Source of the DNA: Candidatus Binatia bacterium | Lineage (GTDB): Bacteria > Desulfobacterota > Binatia > HRBIN30 | Reading direction: 5' to 3' | DNA: 22,837 nucleotides | Assembly (NCBI GenBank): GCA_038245295.1 | Contig: JBBRSP010000048.1 | Location: 1-22,837 of the forward strand | In this document: piece by piece, positions 16,836 to 22,837 of the stretch | Layout: each line of letters begins with the position of its first letter | Numbering within the stretch: position 1 is the stretch's first letter | The notes under the pieces: generated by a model | What the model saw: the letters and a program-made list of their open reading frames with translations, nothing else | Told to the model about the DNA's origin: nothing | The model's database searches: none | Program-made: the position numbers and the translations under genes

Positions 16836-18429
16836 CTTCGCCCCAATGTAGATCGCGCGGCATGGCATCGAACGGGACGATCGCCTTGAGCACTTGTTCG
16901 ATGAATGGACGTTCGCCGTAGCGGGCGGCAAAATATGCCAGGCCGTACACCCGCTCCTGCGGCGTGCCATGCGGGTACAGGACCTCCTTGGCGCGACGCA
17001 CGTCGGCGACGCGGCTGACATTCTGATGCAGCCGCGCCTTCTCGAATTTGTCGATAAGCTTCGTCACGGCGTGCTCAACGCTGTGGTTGGTCTTCTCGAT
17101 GGCGCCGCGCAGTCCGGGTCCAGTGTCGGCAATCTGTTCCCCAACTTTTCGCAGCGCTCCTTCGAACGGCTCGAGCAACATGCGAATCAAACTCTTTCCA
17201 TCGAGCGCCGAAGTGGTCCCTGCGTCGGCCTGCGCCAACAGCTCATCTTCCGGCCGCGCCGCGTCATCGGGACTCAGATGCAGGCGCTGTAACAATCGTG
17301 TCGTCTTCGCTTCGATGACACGCAATCGGGCGCGCGGTACAACCAAGGGCATCGGCAGATGGTGAGCCTCATAGAGCGGCCCCAGCTGCGCAAAGTAGGC
17401 GATCTCGCCCGGCCCACCAACGTAGGCGGCCGTCGGCAACAGGGTGTCCTGCAGGATCGGCCGCAGCAGCGCGCTCGTACTGAAGCGCAGCGGCTCCGCC
17501 TCGAGCAATGCCAGCAACTCGGGCAGAGTGTGCGAGCCATGGCCGCCGACCTCCACGAAGCCATCGGGCGTCGGGTCGAGTCGATAACGCGCGCCGGCGG
17601 GACCTTGTGGATGGAAGAACGATAGTGGTGCCGCGTGACGTATGTGAACCGGCGCGGCGAAACCGGCCTGCGCTAGATCATCGACACGCCGCTCTAACGC
17701 CTCGGCGATCGGCAGCGCTTGCTCCAGGGAACGCCGGTGCATAGGCATCGTCGCCGGCCCGACGCCGGCATCACGCGGATCGAAGAGGACGAGACCTTCT
17801 TCGGCGAACAATTCACCGAGTAGGCCGGCGAAGGCCGCACTCCAGCCAGCTGCCGGGACATAGTGACGAGCCAAGCGTGCCAGGTGCGGCGTGCTATTCG
17901 GCAGATGAGCCAGCTCACGACGCAATTGATCGAGACAACCCGCCACCTCGTCGGGCAGCCGGCAACTGGCGATCGAGATGCGCTGATCGGGAGACGCTGG
18001 CAGATTGATCTCCAGAGGCGGACCTGCGGCGCAGGGGACATTGCTGTTGGCGATTTCGACAAGGTCGTGGTCTTCGGTCTGCAACCAGAAGATCGGCACC
18101 ACGGGCTTGCCGGTTTCGACCGCCAGGGCGCGCGCCGCACTTACGGCCGAAGCCGCTTTGTAGATCGTGTACAACGGACCAAGAAACAGACCAACTTGCT
18201 GCCCGGTGACAACGGCGGCGGCGCCGCGCCGTAAGTGAGCCAGGTGATCGGTGCGCGCGCGACTCGGCGCCAGGCGCGCATTCTGAGCCTCGAGTGTGTC
18301 CGCAACCGCACTCGCGACCGGGCGCACGGCACGATCTACGGCGCGCCGACGATCGGCCGGCGACGTAAAATGCCCATTGAAAAAGGCACTCGCGTCGCCG
18401 GACAGGTAGGCGTCGAAGAGACTCCGCAT
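16825..18429 (-). CDS. bshC: Bacillithiol biosynthesis cysteine-adding enzyme
   Basis: VVTGQQVGLFLGPLYTIYKA, VVPIFWLQTEDHD, FSTSALLRPILQDTLLPTAAYVGGPGEIAYFAQL, coiled-coil insert, PQERV; adjacent to bshA. Start is ATG 18429 or TTG 18435. Confidence 0.93.
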   Translation of the reverse strand: MRSLFDAYLSGDASAFFNGHFTSPADRRRAVDRAVRPVASAVADTLEAQNARLAPSRARTDHLAHLRRGAAAVVTGQQVGLFLGPLYTIYKAASAVSAARALAVETGKPVVPIFWLQTEDHDLVEIANSNVPCAAGPPLEINLPASPDQRISIASCRLPDEVAGCLDQLRRELAHLPNSTPHLARLARHYVPAAGWSAAFAGLLGELFAEEGLVLFDPRDAGVGPATMPMHRRSLEQALPIAEALERRVDDLAQAGFAAPVHIRHAAPLSFFHPQGPAGARYRLDPTPDGFVEVGGHGSHTLPELLALLEAEPLRFSTSALLRPILQDTLLPTAAYVGGPGEIAYFAQLGPLYEAHHLPMPLVVPRARLRVIEAKTTRLLQRLHLSPDDAARPEDELLAQADAGTTSALDGKSLIRMLLEPFEGALRKVGEQIADTGPGLRGAIEKTNHSVEHAVTKLIDKFEKARLHQNVSRVADVRRAKEVLYPHGTPQERVYGLAYFAARYGERPFIEQVLKAIVPFDAMPRDLHWGEDGS

Positions 18430-18439
18430 CAGCAAGCCA

Positions 18440-18527
18440 GGCTAGGGAAGAGGCTGGGGCTTGGGCTTAGGTACTGGATGGCCTTCTATTTCAACCCTGA
18501 GCCTGAGCCCAAGCCTCTGCCTAAGCC
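18440..18527. repeat. Inverted pair of hexamer (GGCTNR-like) tandem arrays forming a 32-bp imperfect stem
   Basis: 18440-18471 versus the reverse complement of 18496-18527: 25/32 identical by hand alignment, 24-nt loop. Confidence 0.75.
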
Positions 18528-18539
18528 GGCGATCGCCGG

Positions 18540-19409
18540 TTATTTTTTCCAGCCGGCGATCGCCTTGGCGATGTCTTTCGAGAAGAAGCCTTCGTAGACC
18601 TGATCGCCCTTGCCGACATCCTGCGCCTTCTCGGCCGCTTCGATGGCACCGGCTGTTTGTCCCTGCTTGGCGAGAATTTGCGCCCGAACCCAGTTGTTCC
18701 ACCAGGTCGGCTTGATGGCGATCGACGTGTCGATATACGCGAGCGCCTGCGTCAGGTCGCCGCCGTTGTCGAGCAGCCAGCGTGCCGAATTGAAATGCGG
18801 ACGCCAGGCGTCGTCGAGGGCCTTGTCGATGTTGCCGAGGACCTGCGTGCGTGTCGCCACCTCGATCGGCACCGAGAGGCGCAGCTTCTCCCATTCGAGA
18901 TCGAGGCGCGTCGAATCTTCGGTCGTGTTGGAGAACAGGAATGCCAGGCGCTCGCGCAGTGGGATGCTCTCCGGCTTGACGGTGACACGCGCCACATCCT
19001 TGCTCTCGTCGTAGCCGATGGTGCTGGAACCGGTGAGCACGGTATTAAGGATGACCGTCCAGCTCGACTTCCCCGGAATGCTGAACACGGCGTACGTACC
19101 GGCCGGCACAGGCTTACCGCCGAACGTAAAGTCACGGCTGCTGGTCAGCTTCGTCGCGGCATTGGCGCCGCTGCGCCACAACGTATCGTACGGCAACAAC
19201 TCGCCCCAGATCTTGCGCCCCTTCACGCCCGGGCTCGAATAGTCGACCGAAATATCCGTCAGGCCGACACGCTGTTCGACACGTGCATGCGGGCTTGGTT
19301 GCGGCAGATCGGGCACACTCTGCGCCAAGCCAGACGTCCTTGCGAGGGCCAACACCAAAGCCGTCGCCGAAACCAGCCGTACGGCCTTGAACCAATAGGG
19401 TCGTTGCAT
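18540..19409 (-). CDS. Exported DUF2911 domain protein with C-terminal TPR-like helices
   Basis: 'PQPSPHARVEQRVGLTDISVDYSSPGVKGRKIWGELLPY..LWRSGANAATK...PAGTYAVFSIP...LEWE' DUF2911 pattern; signal peptide; GGAGG spacing favours ATG 19409 over 19418. Confidence 0.88.
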   Translation of the reverse strand: MQRPYWFKAVRLVSATALVLALARTSGLAQSVPDLPQPSPHARVEQRVGLTDISVDYSSPGVKGRKIWGELLPYDTLWRSGANAATKLTSSRDFTFGGKPVPAGTYAVFSIPGKSSWTVILNTVLTGSSTIGYDESKDVARVTVKPESIPLRERLAFLFSNTTEDSTRLDLEWEKLRLSVPIEVATRTQVLGNIDKALDDAWRPHFNSARWLLDNGGDLTQALAYIDTSIAIKPTWWNNWVRAQILAKQGQTAGAIEAAEKAQDVGKGDQVYEGFFSKDIAKAIAGWKK

Positions 19410-19481
19410 CGTGGGCATCCTCCGTCGTGAAAGTCAGACCACGCTGCCATACGAGTCGGGCGGGAGGAAGACCCCAACCGG

Positions 19482-19568
19482 AAAAGGGGACAGGCCCCCT
19501 TTATTTGAGTCGAGACTTCCCACGATTCACAGCGAAAGGCTCCCGAAAAAAGGGGGCAGGACCCTTTA
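19482..19568. repeat. Two direct copies of an AAAAGGGG(A/G)CAGG..CCCTTT palindromic REP-like unit
   Basis: AAAAGGGGACAGGCCCCCTTT (19482-19502) and AAAAAAGGGGGCAGGACCCTTT (19546-19567); each folds into a short hairpin; the second overlaps the AKR stop codon. Confidence 0.7.
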
Positions 19569-20504
19569 CGTGGTCGCCGACCACAGGGCTGGGGGAATCT
19601 CGGTGGCAAACAGAGCGGCGTTGTCGCGGATCTCTTCGGGTGATCTGGCGCCGCTCAGGACACACGTCACCGCCGGGTGCTGCAGCGGGAACTGCAAGGC
19701 CGCGGCTCGGAGCGGGACAGCAAATCGGGCGCAGATCTGTTCCAACTGCTGCGCCCGCTCGATCAGCGCGGCATCCGCGGGCATGTAGTCGTAGGTCGCG
19801 CCGGGGCGCGGATTGGCCAGCAGGCCAGAGTTGAAGACGCCGGCGGCGATCACGGCGACACCGTGATGCTGGGCTGCCGGCAAGAGGTCGGCCAACGCCG
19901 ATTGATCGAGTAGCGAGTAACGGCCGGCCACCAGAACACAGTCGACGAGGCCGCGTTCGACGAACCGCGTCAGCATCGCTGATTGGTTCATACCAGCGCC
20001 AATAGCGCCGATGACCTTCTCGTCGCGCAGACGTCGCAGGGCCCGAAACGCCCCGTCGATGGCTTCGGCTTCGTGATCGTCAGGGTCGTGTGCATGCAAC
20101 ACGTCGAGGCGATCGACCCCGAGGCGCTGCAAGCTTGCTTCGAATGATCGCAGCGCGCCGTCATACGAGAAGTCGAATACCGGCCGAACGCGCGGCACAT
20201 CGGCGAAGATCGTGTCGGGATCGATACCCGGCTCCAGCAGTCGGCCGACCTTTGACGCAAGTATGTATGAATCCCGCGGCCGCCGGCGCAACGCGCCTCC
20301 CAGGCGCTGCTCCGACAATCCGTGTCCGTACAAGGGCGCGGTGTCGAACCAGCGGATGCCGACATCCCAGGCGGCGTCGACCGTGGCGATCGCCTGTGCG
20401 TCGCTGAAGCCTTCGTAGAGATTGCCTAGTGGAGCGCAGCCGAGGCCGAGGCGCGTGACCTGGAGGCCGGTGCGTCCGAGGGCGACCAACTCGTTGGGCT
20501 TCAT
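19566..20504 (-). CDS. Aldo/keto reductase, D-threo-aldose 1-dehydrogenase / L-fucose dehydrogenase-like
   Basis: LGLGCAPLGNLY, FDTAPLYGHGLSE, SKVGRLL, FDFSYDG, HDPD, IGAGMN, LVAGRYSLL; likely start MKPNELV at 20504; sits next to fucD. Confidence 0.88.
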   Translation of the reverse strand: MKPNELVALGRTGLQVTRLGLGCAPLGNLYEGFSDAQAIATVDAAWDVGIRWFDTAPLYGHGLSEQRLGGALRRRPRDSYILASKVGRLLEPGIDPDTIFADVPRVRPVFDFSYDGALRSFEASLQRLGVDRLDVLHAHDPDDHEAEAIDGAFRALRRLRDEKVIGAIGAGMNQSAMLTRFVERGLVDCVLVAGRYSLLDQSALADLLPAAQHHGVAVIAAGVFNSGLLANPRPGATYDYMPADAALIERAQQLEQICARFAVPLRAAALQFPLQHPAVTCVLSGARSPEEIRDNAALFATEIPPALWSATT

Positions 20505-20552
20505 CTCAGCTGACCCGCACTCGGCCTTGCTGAAGCATTCGCATAGGAACAC

Positions 20553-20633
20553 GCCGCAGGCTGAAGCCTGCGCCTACCAGTTTCCGTTCCGCCGGTGGAT
20601 CCAAGGCGGTAGGCGCAGGCTTCAGCCTGCGGC
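20553..20633. repeat. Inverted pair of GTAG-type REP sequences (26-bp perfect inverted repeat)
   Basis: GCCGCAGGCTGAAGCCTGCGCCTACC (20553-20578) and GGTAGGCGCAGGCTTCAGCCTGCGGC (20608-20633); each unit has an internal palindrome and a GTAG foot. Confidence 0.85.
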
Positions 20634-20649
20634 CCCGGGGTTTCCCTGA

Positions 20650-21942
20650 TCATGGACGACGCCATTCGGCGCCATCGGGATACGAAAGCGCGGCCAACGA
20701 CTCGCGGTGCATCTCGATCGAATAGCCTGGCGCATCGGGCACGCGGTAGCGACCGTCGCGTACCTCGACGGGATGAACGAAGTGCTCATGGAGGTGGCCG
20801 GCGTATTCGGTGCTGCGATCGTCGAGCGACGCGCTCACCACGAGGTAGTCGATCAATGAGATATGCTGAACATACTCACAGAGGCCGAGCCCTCCGGCAT
20901 GCGGGCAAACGGGAATGCCGAAGCGCGCCGCCAGCAGTAATACCGCAAGCACTTCGTTGAGTCCGCCGAGACGACACGCATCCACCTGGCAGTAGTCGAT
21001 CGCCTTGGCCTGCAGCAGTTGCTTGAACAAAACTTTGTTGGCGCAATGCTCGCCGGTAGCGACACCGATCGGCGCGACGGCGCGACGGATGGCGGCGTGA
21101 CCGAGAACGTCGTCCGGACTCGTCGGCTCTTCAATCCAGCGCAGCCGGAAAGGCTCCAGATGTTTGATCCACTCGATTGCCTGCGGGACATCCCACACCT
21201 GGTTGGCGTCGGCCATGAGGTCGCGCTCCCAGCCGAGCTCTTCACGCATCACCTGACAGCGGCGCACGTCGGACGTGATGTCGACGCCGACCTTGGTCTT
21301 GAAACGCGTCCACCCTGCCGCCATCGACTCACCACACAGGCGTCGCACTTTGTCTTCCGGATACCCAAGCCACCCGGCCGAGGTAATGTAGGCCGGATAG
21401 CCGTCGCGACGCATCTCAGCCTCGCGAGTCGCCTTGCTCGCTTCGTGTTTGCGCAACATGTCGAGCGCCTCGTCCGGCGTCAGCGCATCGGTCAGGTAGC
21501 GCCAATCGATCAGCGACACGAACTGCCGCGGCGTCAGATCGCTCACCAGCTTCCATACCGGCTTGCCGACGCTCTTGGCCCACAGGTCCCATACGGCGTT
21601 GATGATGGCCGCGGTGGCCAGGTGAATGACGCCCTTGTCGGGCCCAAGCCAGCGCAGCTGCGACTCATTGGTGAAGCGGCGGTGGAAAGCCGCGAAGTCG
21701 GCCGTAATCTCGTCGAGGTCGCGGTCGATGATCAGAAACTCCAACGCGCGCACGGCGGAGCAGACAACTTCGGTGCCGCGGCCGATGGTGAAGGTCATGC
21801 CGTGCCCGGTAATGCCGGCGTCGCTGTCGAGAATCACGTACGCTGCAGAGTAGTCAGGATCGGCATGCACAGCATCCGATCCGTCGAGGAAACGCGACGT
21901 CGGACAACGCACATCGAGCACGTTGAGTTTACGGATGCGCAT
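20650..21942 (-). CDS. fucD: L-fuconate dehydratase (enolase superfamily, rTS-beta/ENOSF1-like)
   Basis: DVRCPTSRFLDGSDAVHADPDYSAAYV, FTIGRG, QLRWLGPDKGVIHLATAA, YPAYITSAGWLGY, KxKVG, DANQVW, WIEEPTSPDD, ATGEH, VCPHAGG. Confidence 0.92.
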   Translation of the reverse strand: MRIRKLNVLDVRCPTSRFLDGSDAVHADPDYSAAYVILDSDAGITGHGMTFTIGRGTEVVCSAVRALEFLIIDRDLDEITADFAAFHRRFTNESQLRWLGPDKGVIHLATAAIINAVWDLWAKSVGKPVWKLVSDLTPRQFVSLIDWRYLTDALTPDEALDMLRKHEASKATREAEMRRDGYPAYITSAGWLGYPEDKVRRLCGESMAAGWTRFKTKVGVDITSDVRRCQVMREELGWERDLMADANQVWDVPQAIEWIKHLEPFRLRWIEEPTSPDDVLGHAAIRRAVAPIGVATGEHCANKVLFKQLLQAKAIDYCQVDACRLGGLNEVLAVLLLAARFGIPVCPHAGGLGLCEYVQHISLIDYLVVSASLDDRSTEYAGHLHEHFVHPVEVRDGRYRVPDAPGYSIEMHRESLAALSYPDGAEWRRP

Positions 21943-22706
21943 CAGCGCTGGCCTCCGCCCGGCACCAGAAAGCCGTGTGTACCGCCATCAATTTGCAACG
22001 CGCTGCCGGTGACATACCCGGCGGCCGGCGAGGCGAGATAGGTGATGGCGACGGCGATCTCTTCGGCGGTGCCGAGACGACCGATTGGCTGTCGCGCGAT
22101 GAGGTTGGCGCGCGCCGCGGCGGGATCGGCGGTGGCGGACAACAAGCGTCCGACCCAGGGTGTATCGACGGTCCCAGGACACACGCAGTTGACGCGAATA
22201 CGCTCGGCGGCATAGTCGGCCGCCATCGCCAGTGTGAGAGCGTAGACGGCACCTTTGCTGGCGCCGTAACAGGCGCGCTTCGGAAGGCCCGTCCACGAGA
22301 CGATCGACGCCGTATTCACGATGGCGGGGTGCTGCGAACGCCGCAAATGCGGCAGACACGCCTTGCTCATGCGCACCATGCCGAAGACGTTGACGTCAAA
22401 GACGCGCTGCCACTCTTCGATGGCGTTGTCCTCAACCGTACCCTGCGCGCCGATGCCGGCGTTGTTTACGAGCACGTCTATGGCGCCGTAGTGCGTGGCG
22501 GCGGCGGCAACAGCGCGATCGACCGACGCCTGGTCGGTGACGTCGCAAACCACCGGCAGCACACCCTCGCGCGCCGGCGGCGGCGCCACATCAAGCGCCG
22601 CCACGCGCGCCCCTTCGCTGCGCATCGCCTCAAGGGTGGCCAGGCCAATGCCCGAGCCGGCGCCGGTGATCACGGCGACGAGGCCGTCCATTTTGAGCAA
22701 ACTCAT
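21942..22706 (-). CDS. Short-chain dehydrogenase/reductase, probable 2-keto-3-deoxy-L-fuconate dehydrogenase
   Basis: TGAGSGIG, NNAGIG, YGASK (YxxxK), VNCVCPGTVDTPW; 1-nt overlap with fucD (TGATG); substrate inferred from context. Confidence 0.85.
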   Translation of the reverse strand: MSLLKMDGLVAVITGAGSGIGLATLEAMRSEGARVAALDVAPPPAREGVLPVVCDVTDQASVDRAVAAAATHYGAIDVLVNNAGIGAQGTVEDNAIEEWQRVFDVNVFGMVRMSKACLPHLRRSQHPAIVNTASIVSWTGLPKRACYGASKGAVYALTLAMAADYAAERIRVNCVCPGTVDTPWVGRLLSATADPAAARANLIARQPIGRLGTAEEIAVAITYLASPAAGYVTGSALQIDGGTHGFLVPGGGQR

Positions 22707-22837
22707 ATTCCTACTCTCCTAGGCGCCGCGGGGCGGCGCGCGCCCCGGGCAAACCGGAGCGCGCCGCGCCCCGGCCCCCCCCCGGTTGTCGTTGTACTAC
22801 CCCCGCGGCCCCACCGAAACCCCCATGCCGCGCCCCC

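Noticed and set aside
22719..22837. Extreme G/C runs as a G-quadruplex, regulatory element or gene end
   Set aside because: Composition shifts abruptly to homopolymeric C/G runs at the window end, and the frame ending at the TAG at 22719 has an in-frame stop at 22797. This is most consistent with low-quality contig-end sequence.

Overview
GC-rich bacterial chromosomal window from a diderm (it encodes a TonB-dependent receptor). Cys-bracketed 'DCNGDG..V.VNELI.AV..AL' dockerin-like modules suggest, by inference only, a Candidatus Binatia/Deltaproteobacteria-like organism. Left to right: a secreted dockerin-like multidomain protein (-); a 90-aa possible DNA-binding protein plus glmS (+), preceded by a 16-bp palindrome; a coiled-coil protein flanked by 9-mer repeat arrays (-); an HNH endonuclease (-); a ~185-bp MITE with a target-site duplication; a YncE-like beta-propeller/phosphoesterase (-) divergent from a BtuB-like TonB-dependent receptor (+), with a Pho-box-like direct repeat between them; a minus-strand cluster DUF2911 - bshC - bshA - exported 827-aa PIG-L/LmbE deacetylase - 48-aa membrane protein (missing from the ORF track) - sodium:solute symporter; and part of a non-phosphorylative L-fucose-type catabolic cluster (SDR, L-fuconate dehydratase, aldo/keto reductase). 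The best candidate for an undescribed system is the bacillithiol operon: the position of the cytoplasmic BshB is taken by an exported amidase/deacetylase plus a transporter, suggesting periplasmic processing or salvage of bacillithiol-related compounds. The window also holds at least six distinct short-repeat families, three of which overlap gene 3' ends. The last ~115 nt look like low-quality sequence.
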